A DNA stretch of 39,742 bases from Rhizobiaceae bacterium (GCA_036479095.1 JAZGFF010000029.1:1-39742), one strand, 5' to 3'. Positions 1 to 9,927 are shown, counted from the stretch's first letter. Made by a program: numbers and translations. The notes: generated by a model from the letters alone, not told the origin.

Positions 1-1006
1 GAATCAACACGATCATATCGCGGGTAATATTCGGCATATCATAAGCCAATTCAGCGCCCCCTTGATAAAGCGCCCCAAATAAAATTGCCGCAGGTACAAT
101 TCCAGCAGGATGAGAACGCCCCATCAAAGCAACAGCAATACCAACGAATCCCGCCCCTTCAACAAAATCAAGTTGCAAGCGCGCCTGATCTCCCATGACC
201 GGGTTTAGGGCCATCATTCCGGCCAGCGCGCCAGACATCATCATTGTTATCACAATAATTTTGACTTGCGGCATGCCAGCATATTTTGCGGCTCGTGGGC
301 TCAGACCGAGGGTGCGCATTTCGTATCCAAATCGGGTTCGCCAAACCACTAACCAAACCAAAAACGCCATCAACAATGCCAACAGGAAAGTGATGTTGAC
401 AGGAGAGGAGCCCATATCGATACCCAAAGGTTTGAACAACCAGTCGAGTTTAGGAATTTGCCCCCCCTCAAGAAAATCGCGGGAACGAGGGCCAAGGGTG
501 GCCGATTTTTGTAGGGGGCCAGCTAACAGGTAGACCATTAATGCTGCTGCAATAAAATTAAACATGATCGTCGTGATGACGATATGGCTGCCGCGTTTGG
601 CCTGCAGATAGGCAGGAATGAACGCCCAAAGGCCGCCAAAAAGCGCAGCCCCTAGAATTGCCAGCGGAAAGGTCAACCACCAGGGCAAGATACTATCAAA
701 CGAAAGGCAAACCAACCCAACGCCTAAGCCACCCACATAGGCCTGCCCCTCGCCCCCAATATTGAACATGCCAGCATGAAAAGCCATTGCAACAGCAAGG
801 CCAGTAAAGATGAAGGTAGTTGCAAAAAACAGGGTGTAGCCGAGATTATATCCGTTACCAAAAGCCCCCTTCACCATGAGATAGGCGGCCTCCACTGGGC
901 TTTCACCAACAAACAAGACCACTAATCCGGCAATCAAAAAAGCCACCACCACATTGATAAAGGGCATTAAACCATAATCAACCCAACGGGGTAGGGCGTT
1001 GTTCAT
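1..1006 (-). CDS. ABC transporter permease, nucleoside/simple-sugar (BPD_transp_2, NupB-like) family; runs off the left edge
   Basis: Not in the ORF track. Manual translation from the ATG at 1006 gives MNNALPRWVDYGLMPFINVVVAFLIAGLVV...AFHAGMFNIGGEGQ...RTRFGYEMR...GFVGIAVALMGRSHP, a hydrophobic protein with the family's FNIGGEGQ motif; no stop before position 1. Confidence 0.9.
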   Translation of the reverse strand, partial: MNNALPRWVDYGLMPFINVVVAFLIAGLVVLFVGESPVEAAYLMVKGAFGNGYNLGYTLFFATTFIFTGLAVAMAFHAGMFNIGGEGQAYVGGLGVGLVCLSFDSILPWWLTFPLAILGAALFGGLWAFIPAYLQAKRGSHIVITTIMFNFIAAALMVYLLAGPLQKSATLGPRSRDFLEGGQIPKLDWLFKPLGIDMGSSPVNITFLLALLMAFLVWLVVWRTRFGYEMRTLGLSPRAAKYAGMPQVKIIVITMMMSGALAGMMALNPVMGDQARLQLDFVEGAGFVGIAVALMGRSHPAGIVPAAILFGALYQGGAELAYDMPNITRDMIVLI

Positions 1007-1042
1007 AACAATTTGTCCGATCACCGTTCGTGATTAATTTGA

Positions 1043-1606
1043 TTATTGAATTGTCGAATTTGCAGTATCCATCATTAAATCAGTACTTTGCAAGACCTTT
1101 GCATAGGAGCCATCGATTATTCCCAGCGTTAAGGCTTGCACTTCGTCGGCGCCCCAGTTTTTGCCATTAATATCTTTAGCCTCAACACTAATGACGCAGT
1201 CTTTTGGCAAGAACACCATGAACCCTAAATTGCCTGCCATACGCACGGTCGATTCAACGCAATGCTCCAAATGCCCCCCGCAAATAACCAGTTCATGGGA
1301 ACCGATTTCTTCCAGAACTGCCATTAAATCAGTACCGATGAATGCATTGTTGGTTTGTTTTTCGACCACCGTTTCATGATCCAGCGGTGCAAATTCTGGT
1401 TTGAAGGCATGGCTGGGCTTCCCAGGATAATAGGGGGATTCAGGGTCAAGAGAATTGTCCTGGATGTGCACCACCCCGTTGCCCATCTGGCGCCAATGAT
1501 TGAGGAGTTTTACCATGTTGGCTTCGGCTTCAGGTTGCCCTTGTTTTCCGTATTTTGGGTCATCAATCGCAATCTGCATATCGATTATAACCAGGGTAGC
1601 ACTCAT
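1043..1606 (-). CDS. Isochorismatase-family cysteine hydrolase
   Basis: LVIIDMQ (catalytic Asp), EKQTNNAF (Lys) and EHCVESTVR (Cys) match the family triad. Confidence 0.88.
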   Translation of the reverse strand: MSATLVIIDMQIAIDDPKYGKQGQPEAEANMVKLLNHWRQMGNGVVHIQDNSLDPESPYYPGKPSHAFKPEFAPLDHETVVEKQTNNAFIGTDLMAVLEEIGSHELVICGGHLEHCVESTVRMAGNLGFMVFLPKDCVISVEAKDINGKNWGADEVQALTLGIIDGSYAKVLQSTDLMMDTANSTIQ

Positions 1607-2049
1607 TGTTTTTGTTCCAATTTTAATTGTCCGTTTTCAACATTACCCTTGAAGAAAGGATTAAATGCCACTTCCCATAGATGATCATCCGGGTCAGAAA
1701 AATAGCCAGAATACCCACCCCAGAATACCTTTTGAGGGATTTTGACAGCTTTCGCCCCACAGGCAACAGCATGGGAGAAAAATTCGTCGACTTTTGTTTG
1801 ATCTTGTAAATTAATCGCCAATGATACCCCGCGAAATCCAGCCGCTTCATCTACAACACCAGCGTCCTTCGCCAAATCCGCTCGATTATAGAGTCCAAGC
1901 ACAATGGAATTACCTTGCAAGAAGCTCACACTATCTTGGCTTGCAGTTGTATTTACCCAGCCCAGTTTTTCGTAAAATTGGGTCGACACCGAAAGGTTCT
2001 CCACCCCAAGGGTAACAATAGAAATATTTGCGATGGGCAGGTTTTTCAT
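1603..2049 (-). CDS. VOC/glyoxalase family protein
   Basis: ISIVTLGV...FYEKLGW and FWGGYSGYFSDPDDHLWEVAFNP are typical. ATG at 2049 chosen over TTG at 2055. Confidence 0.88.
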   Translation of the reverse strand: MKNLPIANISIVTLGVENLSVSTQFYEKLGWVNTTASQDSVSFLQGNSIVLGLYNRADLAKDAGVVDEAAGFRGVSLAINLQDQTKVDEFFSHAVACGAKAVKIPQKVFWGGYSGYFSDPDDHLWEVAFNPFFKGNVENGQLKLEQKQ

Positions 2050-2091
2050 AAACAAGCTCCAGTGTGGTAAACATCAATGTACTCAGATTTT

Positions 2092-2988
2092 TTATCCACG
2101 CCAATCGTTTCCTTCCCACATTTGCTTCAGGCTTGAACGGTAATTTGGGTATTGGTAATCCATTCCTAAAATCAACTTTGATTTTGCATTAGAAACCCGT
2201 TTATTCTCACCATAAAAGCTACGAGCCATGGGAGTTAGATCGGCGCTTTCAAAATCAATCTCTGGCGGTGGTCCAGTCCCTATCAATTGATGGGCCAAGG
2301 ACACCACATCTTGGGGCGGAGCTGGTTCATCATCTGTGATATTAAATATTCCGCATGCTTTTTGATGTGCTGCCAAACTTAGGGCTTGGGCAATATCTTT
2401 GACATGAATGCGGTTGAAGACCTGGCCGCTTTTAACCAACCGGCGCGAAGTTTTATTCTTGGCATTGATGATGGCATTGCGCCCCGGCCCATAAATTCCA
2501 GCCAGTCGAAAGATACCCACAGGAATGTTGAGCATATCGCCTACGGATAACCATTCATTTTCTGCACAAACACGTTGTTGAGATCGTTCAGAAGCGGGAG
2601 TTGCAGCAGTGTTTTCATCCACCCAAGCCCCATCATGATTCCCATAGACGCCAACTGTAGACAGATAACCAATCCACTCCAAATTTGGCGCAATATCTAA
2701 CAGCGGGGTGTTGCCAATGGCATTGAGCGTTGGATCACAAATCTTTGTCGGCGTTTTTGTGCGAGACGGAGCAATGGATACAATCAGATGTGTTGTTTGA
2801 TTTAAGAGCTGTAGTAATTCATCTGATAAGACAGCCCCCTCAAATATAACCGGGGTAATGTTACGTTCTGCGAGCGAATCGAAATGCGCTTTATCTCGGC
2901 TTGTTCCCCAAACACCCGTATTTCCATTACTCAATAACCCGCCGATTTCACGACCCGAATACCCGGCACCAAATATTCCAACCTTCAT
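2092..2988 (-). CDS. NAD-dependent epimerase/dehydratase (atypical SDR, YeeZ-like)
   Basis: Rossmann motif IFGAGYSG, plus YLSTVGVYG, RLAGIYGPGR, FNRIHVKDIA and SFYGENKRVSN. Confidence 0.88.
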   Translation of the reverse strand: MKVGIFGAGYSGREIGGLLSNGNTGVWGTSRDKAHFDSLAERNITPVIFEGAVLSDELLQLLNQTTHLIVSIAPSRTKTPTKICDPTLNAIGNTPLLDIAPNLEWIGYLSTVGVYGNHDGAWVDENTAATPASERSQQRVCAENEWLSVGDMLNIPVGIFRLAGIYGPGRNAIINAKNKTSRRLVKSGQVFNRIHVKDIAQALSLAAHQKACGIFNITDDEPAPPQDVVSLAHQLIGTGPPPEIDFESADLTPMARSFYGENKRVSNAKSKLILGMDYQYPNYRSSLKQMWEGNDWRG

Positions 2989-4043
2989 AACTTTTCCAGC
3001 TCTGCACTAGCCCAATCAGCGGTTTCTTGAATGATTGTGTCGCCATCTTGCTTTAATCGCTTGATGATGGGTAGCAAATTAGACTCACCAGAGTTCCCGG
3101 CAGCAACAAGGCAATTCCGGATAAAGCGATTTCGCCCGATCCGTTTGACGGGAGAACCTGAGAAGCGAACCCTAAACTCAGCGTCATCGAGCTGAAGAAA
3201 ATTTTGTAAGAGTGGCTCGGTTACATTCGATGGCGTCGCCAGTTTTATTTCTGTCGCCATATCAGCAAATTTATTCCATGGGCAAATCGCTAAGCAATCG
3301 TCACAACCAAAAATACGATTCCCCATGGCTTTACGAAACTCAACCGGGATCGCCTCCTTATGCTCAATCGTTAAATAGGATATGCAACGGCGGGCATCCA
3401 ATTGATAAGGAGCGGGGAACGCTTTTGTTGGGCAGATATCCAAACAACTGGTGCACTTACCACAATGGTCTTCTTCTGGTTCATGGGCTGGCAGATCTAA
3501 GGTTGTGAAAATCGATCCAAGAAACAACCATGATCCAAATTCACGCGAAACAAGATTTGTGTGTTTGCCTTGCCAGCCCAGCCCAGCTTTTGCAGCCAGT
3601 GGTTTTTCCAACACAGGGGCTGTATCAACAAATACTTTAATTTCCTGATCAACCCCATTTTGTTTGGCCCTTGAAACCAGTTTTGAAGCCAGTGTTTTCA
3701 ACCGCCCCTTGATCAAGTCATGATAGTCGCGATGGCGTGCATAAACGGAAATGGCTCCCAGCTGCTTTTCTTCGAGAATAGATAATGGATTCTGTTCTGG
3801 TCCATAATTCATGGTCACCACAATAATGGACTTCACCTCTGGCCATAAATTTCGCGGATCAGATCTGCGCTCGAGTGTATCTTCCAACCACTCCATGCTT
3901 CCATGACGATTGGCTTTTATAAAGTTTTTTAGATGTTCTCCAGCAGCTTCTATTGCATTGGGCTTTACAATCCCAACGCTATCGAAACCCAAAGCCTTAG
4001 CCTCAGCGTCAATAAAGTTCTGGAATTTATTCGAGTCGATCAA
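2985..4043 (-). CDS. queG: tRNA epoxyqueuosine(34) reductase QueG
   Basis: VFVDTAPVLEK, Fe-S motif CGKCTSCLDICPT, RRCISYLTIE and GCDDCLAICPWNK. TTG start overlaps the upstream stop. Confidence 0.95.
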   Translation of the reverse strand: MIDSNKFQNFIDAEAKALGFDSVGIVKPNAIEAAGEHLKNFIKANRHGSMEWLEDTLERRSDPRNLWPEVKSIIVVTMNYGPEQNPLSILEEKQLGAISVYARHRDYHDLIKGRLKTLASKLVSRAKQNGVDQEIKVFVDTAPVLEKPLAAKAGLGWQGKHTNLVSREFGSWLFLGSIFTTLDLPAHEPEEDHCGKCTSCLDICPTKAFPAPYQLDARRCISYLTIEHKEAIPVEFRKAMGNRIFGCDDCLAICPWNKFADMATEIKLATPSNVTEPLLQNFLQLDDAEFRVRFSGSPVKRIGRNRFIRNCLVAAGNSGESNLLPIIKRLKQDGDTIIQETADWASAELEKL

Positions 4044-4729
4044 AAGTCCAAGTCAACATAATGAGAAACCGGTGGATTGCCCCGTACACGGTCTGCCAGT
4101 AGCGGTCTGAATGTAGGGCGCGATTTAATCCTTACATACCAGTCCTTCAATTGAGGCTCTTCCTTCCATTCGATTTCACCAAGATAATCTAAAACGGATA
4201 GGGAGGCCGCAACAGTTAAATCAGCGTGGGTCATGCGCTCTCCTGCAAGCCAATTGTTTTTTGAGGCAAGCCAAGTGAAATACTTTAGGTGATATTTAAT
4301 GTTGGCGCGGGCTGCACGTATAGCCTGACTATCGGGAGCGCCCCCGCCCGTATGGGATGGCATTTGCCGTTTTGTCACCCGCTCATGAACCAAATAGCGA
4401 ACAACTTCTGCTTCAAATTTGGTTAAGGACCATTCGATAATTCGCCGCATTTCGGCCCGTTCAACCGGGTTTTCGGGAAACAACCGGCGATCACGTTTTA
4501 ATACCCCATGGGTTTCATCAAGATATTCACCAATCACTTGGGCGCCAATAATCACCTCGCCCCCATCCACCAGTACAGGAAGGGTATTTGCAGGGTTGAG
4601 GGTTAAGAATTCATCCCGCCTTTGCCAAACCTGTTCTTCGGTTAATTGTAAATCTAACTCATACTCGCCCATCATCAAGCGGATGGCCCGCGATCCTGCA
4701 GAAAGTGTGTGGTGGTAGAGTTGGCGCAT
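4040..4729 (-). CDS. fzlA: GST-fold FtsZ-binding protein FzlA
   Basis: GST-like LNPANTLPVL and WYVRIKSRPTFRPLL, C-terminal HYVDLDF typical of FzlA, and the usual alphaproteobacterial adjacency to queG. Confidence 0.8.
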   Translation of the reverse strand: MRQLYHHTLSAGSRAIRLMMGEYELDLQLTEEQVWQRRDEFLTLNPANTLPVLVDGGEVIIGAQVIGEYLDETHGVLKRDRRLFPENPVERAEMRRIIEWSLTKFEAEVVRYLVHERVTKRQMPSHTGGGAPDSQAIRAARANIKYHLKYFTWLASKNNWLAGERMTHADLTVAASLSVLDYLGEIEWKEEPQLKDWYVRIKSRPTFRPLLADRVRGNPPVSHYVDLDF

Positions 4730-4866
4730 GGGGCTTTAGATATCCTTGAGGCAAAGTGAGGCTGATTGATCGATCCTCAATTATCTCTATAGGTGGCTGA
4801 TGAAACGGCGGCAAGTGAGCTGATTCGCTTGCTACACAATAATACGACGAGGTGAAATAGTTCCTG

Positions 4867-5691
4867 ATGAGCATTGAACAGATACTCGTCCTTGCAATTG
4901 TTCAAGGGCTAACGGAATTTTTGCCGGTATCTTCCTCTGGCCATTTGATATTGATTCCAGCTTTCACCGGTTGGCAAGATCAAGGTATTGTAACCGATGT
5001 TATGGTACATATTGGATCTTTGTTTGCCGTACTGGTGTATTTTTGGCGTGATGTGAAGAACCTGTTTGGCGGGGCTATAGACCTTCTGCGTGGGCGTATA
5101 ACCCAACATTCAAGGATGGTAACCTATATTGGACTTGCCACCATTCCTGCCCTTGGTTTTGGAGCATTGTTAAAGTTCTCAGGAATTTCAAACACCATTC
5201 GGAGTGTTGAAGTCGTTGCCTATGGGGCAATTTTCTTTGGTATCTTGATGTATATCGCTGATCTCGTGGGGAGCCGCGTCAAGAAAATGGAAGACATCAG
5301 GCTTGGCTCAGCGATGATTATTGGACTTGCACAAGCGGTTGCATTAATTCCTGGTACATCTCGCTCGGGAATTACCATGACAGCGGCGCGGTTTTTAGGT
5401 TTTGAACGGGGAGAAGCCGCTCGGTTTTCTTTTTTACTGGGAATCCCTGCAATCACTGCTGCTGGATTGTTCACCACCCTTGAAGCATTTCAACAGGGGC
5501 ACGGTATCCCCAGCGATGCGCTCTGGGCGGCTTTTCTAACCTTCTTTGCCGCCCTTGCTGCCATCACCCTATTAATGGCGATCGTCAAGCGTACGTCGTT
5601 TTTGGTTTTTGTAATTTATCGGTTGGCGCTTGGCTTACTTTTATTGGCGATGGTTTATGATTGGTTTCCTAATATTTTACCGTCGCTCTAA
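4867..5691 (+). CDS. uppP: Undecaprenyl-diphosphate phosphatase
   Basis: QGLTEFLPVSSSGHL and PGTSRSG signature motifs; multi-TM. Confidence 0.96.
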   Translation: MSIEQILVLAIVQGLTEFLPVSSSGHLILIPAFTGWQDQGIVTDVMVHIGSLFAVLVYFWRDVKNLFGGAIDLLRGRITQHSRMVTYIGLATIPALGFGALLKFSGISNTIRSVEVVAYGAIFFGILMYIADLVGSRVKKMEDIRLGSAMIIGLAQAVALIPGTSRSGITMTAARFLGFERGEAARFSFLLGIPAITAAGLFTTLEAFQQGHGIPSDALWAAFLTFFAALAAITLLMAIVKRTSFLVFVIYRLALGLLLLAMVYDWFPNILPSL

Positions 5692-7715
5692 ATATTTCTG
5701 GTGGCAATTGGTGGCCGACCTGCCGCAATTGCGGTGATTGTAGCTTCCAACAGCATATCTGAAGATTCAACAATGGCTCGTTTTTCATTTTTTGAGGTGG
5801 TGATTTCGAGCTCTAGCGCACCAGCTTTTCTTGCGAGAATTGTGACCTTCTCCCGGGCTGATACTTCCGCCGCCGCCAGCGCCGTTTTTTCATTATCATA
5901 TATTTTGTTAATACCGCTTACTTGGAAGCGCGAAGTTTGTGGTTGGGTGATGACGATCTCTACCCGCATAGAAATTTGCCCCACGACAGCACCAATTGCA
6001 TTGGCAACATCAGCATTTTTCGGGACGATCGCATCGACTCCCAATAGCTTAGCAGCCCCTGGGTGATAGGCGTGGGCAGATGCACCAAGTCCAATGAGTG
6101 GGCGGTCTAATTTGAGGGAGAACTCCACCATTGAATCCTTGTTATTGTTTCGACCCTCTTTGTCCAAATGATTTTGAATAAGAGAGTGGTTGGTGAGGGT
6201 ATTGCCGTCTTCTCCATCAAGTTGGAAAGCGGTTTCCAGCACTACTTCTGCCGAGCGACGCTCCACCTGTTTTTTGATCGTCTTCGCAAGTAACTTGTAA
6301 TTTTCAAAAACTGCTTTGCCGCCCCCGTCACGTTTTTTAGCAAACAGTTGCAACGCTTTCCTGGCAGCTTCCTTATCCCAAAACCCATGTTCATCCAGGG
6401 CATGCATTGCATCGCTGGGGGTAAGACCAGCAATGAGTACAAGCCCACGACTAACCAACGTGTTTAAAGCAGCGTTTTGAGCTGCACCATCGAACAAACC
6501 TTCCACTGGCCGCGGTTCAAATGCGATTTGATCAAGCAGCTTGGTTTCGCCAACGCTCAGACCTGTGCTCATTCCGGCCCCTGTTTTGAAAACAAAGCGG
6601 CCATCATGGCGATTGTTGATAATGCTTTTTAACTGATCGTCCAAGGCCCTGTGCACCAGCTTGGGATACTCCTGAGCGACGAGACTAATGGGTACAAGTC
6701 GTTTTGGGCCAAGGTTGATTTGACGGTTCAACCCCGTTCCCTTCAAGGAGACTTCAGAATCTCCCCCTAGGCCAAATGTATGCATAGCCACGGCTTCCAC
6801 CATGGTTCTGTAACCACCAACCAGAGCTCCGTTTGGATCAAGTTTTGGATTGCCATTTTCTAAGACGGCTACATCAGAAGTTGTTCCACCAATGTCATTG
6901 ACGAACGCTTGTTTTTCTCCAGTTAAAAATCGGGCGCCGATAAGGCTGGCAGCTGGCCCAGATAAAATTGTTTCAATTGGCCTTCGCGATGCAAAATCTG
7001 CGCTAATAAGCGATCCATCTCCGCGAACAACCATAAGTGGTGCTTTGACATTATGGGCGTGAAGAGTTTTTTTTGTAGCCATTATCAGTTGGGTGATCAT
7101 GGGTACTAAACGCGCATTTAGAACAGTGGTTAGGGCACGTTTGGGCCCGTTCAACTGGGCAGAGAGCTCATGGCTGCAGGTAACAGCTTTGCCGGTTTGC
7201 TTTAGAATTAAATCGCGAACAGCGAGCTCATGTGCTGGATTGCGAACGGCAAAATATCCAGCCACGGCAAACCCACTCACTGTTTTCGCCAATTCATCCA
7301 ATTGTGTAATAAGCGGCGCTAGATCGAGCGGCTTTTCTTCATTGCCGTGGGTTGTGTGGCCACCCTCAAGTATCACCACAGGATCCTTGCCAAGGGCATC
7401 AGCCAACCTCGCATTTTGTAAATCGCGTTCTTGGAACCCAATCGAGATAAGAGCAACCCGCTCGCCTTGGCCCTCAACTAATGCGTTGGTAGCAAGGGTG
7501 GTTGAGAGTGAAACAAGGCCGATATTTTTTGGATCGCAATTTGAGTTTTCAATTGCCGCCTTGATAGCCCCAGCAATACCAACGGCCAGATCGTGACGCG
7601 TTGTGAGCGCCTTGGCTTTCGCTAAGACTTTACCAGCCAGCCCTTTGTTGTCAGCTTCCAGTATTACCGCATCAGTAAAGGTGCCGCCAGTATCAATGCC
7701 GAGTAGTAATGTCAT
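5688..7715 (-). CDS. Hydantoinase/oxoprolinase family protein (HyuA-like ATP-binding fold)
   Basis: GIDTGGTFTD, STTLATNAL, TILSGPAAS, DIGGTTSD, GLGGDS and VANAIGA motifs. Confidence 0.88.
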   Translation of the reverse strand: MTLLLGIDTGGTFTDAVILEADNKGLAGKVLAKAKALTTRHDLAVGIAGAIKAAIENSNCDPKNIGLVSLSTTLATNALVEGQGERVALISIGFQERDLQNARLADALGKDPVVILEGGHTTHGNEEKPLDLAPLITQLDELAKTVSGFAVAGYFAVRNPAHELAVRDLILKQTGKAVTCSHELSAQLNGPKRALTTVLNARLVPMITQLIMATKKTLHAHNVKAPLMVVRGDGSLISADFASRRPIETILSGPAASLIGARFLTGEKQAFVNDIGGTTSDVAVLENGNPKLDPNGALVGGYRTMVEAVAMHTFGLGGDSEVSLKGTGLNRQINLGPKRLVPISLVAQEYPKLVHRALDDQLKSIINNRHDGRFVFKTGAGMSTGLSVGETKLLDQIAFEPRPVEGLFDGAAQNAALNTLVSRGLVLIAGLTPSDAMHALDEHGFWDKEAARKALQLFAKKRDGGGKAVFENYKLLAKTIKKQVERRSAEVVLETAFQLDGEDGNTLTNHSLIQNHLDKEGRNNNKDSMVEFSLKLDRPLIGLGASAHAYHPGAAKLLGVDAIVPKNADVANAIGAVVGQISMRVEIVITQPQTSRFQVSGINKIYDNEKTALAAAEVSAREKVTILARKAGALELEITTSKNEKRAIVESSDMLLEATITAIAAGRPPIATRNI

Positions 7716-7786
7716 TCTAAAGAGCCATTAAATATCACTTGGTCTCTATGTGCCGTGCTGAGGCGATTAGGCCAAGCGTTTTTTTA

Positions 7787-8833
7787 TTAAACCAACGTAA
7801 GACGGTTGGTTAGATTATCCATTCCCGGGGCAATTGGAGGAGAATCAGTTGTTGCCAAACCAAGCTTACGCTCCCAAGAAAGGGCATGCTCAACGATCGT
7901 ATCCAGATCACGATATCGCGGTCCCCAGTCAAGCCGGCGCATCATCCGAGAAGCATCAGCAACAATGGCAGGAATATCTCCTTTACGGCGCGGCTGGTTC
8001 CGAACTTCAAAGTCTACACCCGACACTCGCTTTACCGCATCAACAACCTCAAGCACCGAGCTTCCGAGGCAATAACCCGCATTACCGGTGAATTTCAACC
8101 CACCACCACGTAGGAATTTTAAGGCAGCGTAATGGGCGTTGACCAAATCAGAAACGTGAATGAAATCGCGCAAGGCGCTGCCATCTGGCGTATCATAATC
8201 AGTTCCATAGACATCAAAGTGAGAACGTTTACCCGTTGCCGCCTCACAGGCTAGTTTCATCACATGGGTAGCGCCGCGAGTTGAAAGGCCGGTACGTCCG
8301 AGCGGGTCAGCGCCAGCCACATTGAAATAACGCAACATTACATAACGCATGTCATGGGCTTCTGCCACATCGCGTATCATCATCTCGCTCATTAGTTTTG
8401 AAGCGCCGTAGGGTGACGAAGGCACCAAAGGGGCTGTTTCATTTACCGGTGTTAGGGCGGTTGGCGCTGCATAAACCGCTGCGGTTGAAGAGAAGATAAA
8501 TTGCTTAATGTTACAACGTACAGCAACTTCCAGAAGTGTTCGTGTTCTTGATGTATTGTTTTCGTAATATTTCAAGGGCATTTCAAAGGATTCAGGAACC
8601 ACAACAGAACCCGCAAAGTGCACGATTGTATCGACATTATTTTCCCTGATGGTATTTTCTACCAATGCGCGATCAGCAATATCGCCGATCACCAGTTTGG
8701 CTTTTGGGCAAACCGCCCAATCAAATCCAGTGACCAAATTATCAAGCACAATCACTTCTTCATCGTGATCAATGCATTCCCAGACCATGTGGGATCCGAT
8801 ATATCCAGCGCCGCCAGTAATCAACACACTCAT
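7787..8833 (-). CDS. galE: UDP-glucose 4-epimerase
   Basis: TGGAGYIGSH, FSSTAAVY, YGASK (YxxxK), LRYFNVAGADP and RDFIHVSDL. Confidence 0.93.
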   Translation of the reverse strand: MSVLITGGAGYIGSHMVWECIDHDEEVIVLDNLVTGFDWAVCPKAKLVIGDIADRALVENTIRENNVDTIVHFAGSVVVPESFEMPLKYYENNTSRTRTLLEVAVRCNIKQFIFSSTAAVYAAPTALTPVNETAPLVPSSPYGASKLMSEMMIRDVAEAHDMRYVMLRYFNVAGADPLGRTGLSTRGATHVMKLACEAATGKRSHFDVYGTDYDTPDGSALRDFIHVSDLVNAHYAALKFLRGGGLKFTGNAGYCLGSSVLEVVDAVKRVSGVDFEVRNQPRRKGDIPAIVADASRMMRRLDWGPRYRDLDTIVEHALSWERKLGLATTDSPPIAPGMDNLTNRLTLV

Positions 8834-8938
8834 TGCCCGATTGTCCCTTAGTTAATTTCTAAATTCGTGTCTCCAATTCTACAATTACAAAAAAGCGCTA
8901 CAAAGGAGTTAAGATCAGCCTTAACTTGCTTATTATAC

Positions 8939-9868
8939 TTAACGGTTTGAAACACCCGCTTCCCAGCCCAACATGGCCCGTTTACGGGTTAAGCCCCAAT
9001 GATAGCCGGTAAGATTTCCTGATTTACCCAAGACGCGATGGCAGGGCACGACAAATGAAATTGGGTTTCGCCCAACCGCCGCCCCCACAGCACGAGCCGC
9101 TTTTGGTTTTTTGATCTTTGTTGCAAGATCAGAATAGGTTGTGGCCTTGCCCACTGGAATTGTTAATAAACCTTCCCAAACCCTGATTTGAAAATCTGTC
9201 CCGATGAGCACAATTTTTAACGGCTCCTCGGCACGCCATCGATTTGGGTCAAAAATTCTTTTTGCGTAGGCGGTGGTATAGGCCAAATCTTCAACATATT
9301 GGGCCTTAGGCCAACGACAGCTCATATCTCCAAGCGCCTCAACTTTGTTAAAACTTCCTGTTCCAACTTCTCCAGCGTGGCGACAATCGTCTCCCACTGC
9401 ATCAGCAAAAGCTAATCCTGCTAAACCCCTATTCGTTGCCATGATCAAGGCCTCCCCAAAGGGGGTAGAATGAAATCCATAGCGAAGAACTAAGCCCTCG
9501 CCCTTTGCTTTAAAGGCGCCAGGAGACATGGCTTCGTGGGTAACAAATAGATCGTGCAAGCGTCCCGGGCTGGAAAGCCCCAATTCCAATGATGTTTCCA
9601 GCAAGGGTAATCCATCATTCAATAATTGTTTTGCATGATCCAGAGTGACGGCTTGCAGAAATGCTTTTGGTGAAAGCCCAGCCCAACGGCTGAAGGTTTT
9701 TTGTAATTTACTTGGCGCAACGCCACAAAGGTTTGCTAATTCTTCTAGTTCCGGTTGTCGTTGCCAATTGTCTGTTATGTGGCGCAAAACTGTACGCACG
9801 ACTTCGTAATCCTCACCCGCTTGTGCAAACTGTGGGTCGGGCTTTAATGCTGTGATTGAAGTAAGCAT
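8939..9868 (-). CDS. Bifunctional AraC-HTH / methylated-DNA-protein-cysteine methyltransferase (Cada2/Ada-like, no N-terminal Zn domain)
   Basis: AraC-like HTH (FSRWAGLSPKAF...GRLHDLF) and C-terminal GTDFQIRVW...ARAVG...VPCHRV active site. Confidence 0.9.
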   Translation of the reverse strand: MLTSITALKPDPQFAQAGEDYEVVRTVLRHITDNWQRQPELEELANLCGVAPSKLQKTFSRWAGLSPKAFLQAVTLDHAKQLLNDGLPLLETSLELGLSSPGRLHDLFVTHEAMSPGAFKAKGEGLVLRYGFHSTPFGEALIMATNRGLAGLAFADAVGDDCRHAGEVGTGSFNKVEALGDMSCRWPKAQYVEDLAYTTAYAKRIFDPNRWRAEEPLKIVLIGTDFQIRVWEGLLTIPVGKATTYSDLATKIKKPKAARAVGAAVGRNPISFVVPCHRVLGKSGNLTGYHWGLTRKRAMLGWEAGVSNR

Positions 9869-9927
9869 GAAGTCTCGCTCGTCTGGGTTTTAGTAGAATT
9901 GATTGAAGCAATCCCGAGAGTTCTTTG

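Noticed and set aside
4797-4808. CTGATGAAACGG, also present on the minus strand at 15267-15278; resembles a hammerhead CUGAUGA core
   Set aside because: No stem II-GAAA-NUH arrangement in either copy, and a shared 12-mer is expected by chance in 40 kb.
8907-8926. AGTTAAG...CTTAACT palindrome upstream of galE as a CtrA site or terminator
   Set aside because: TTAA spacing is N8 rather than N7, and the stem is AT-rich with no U-tract.
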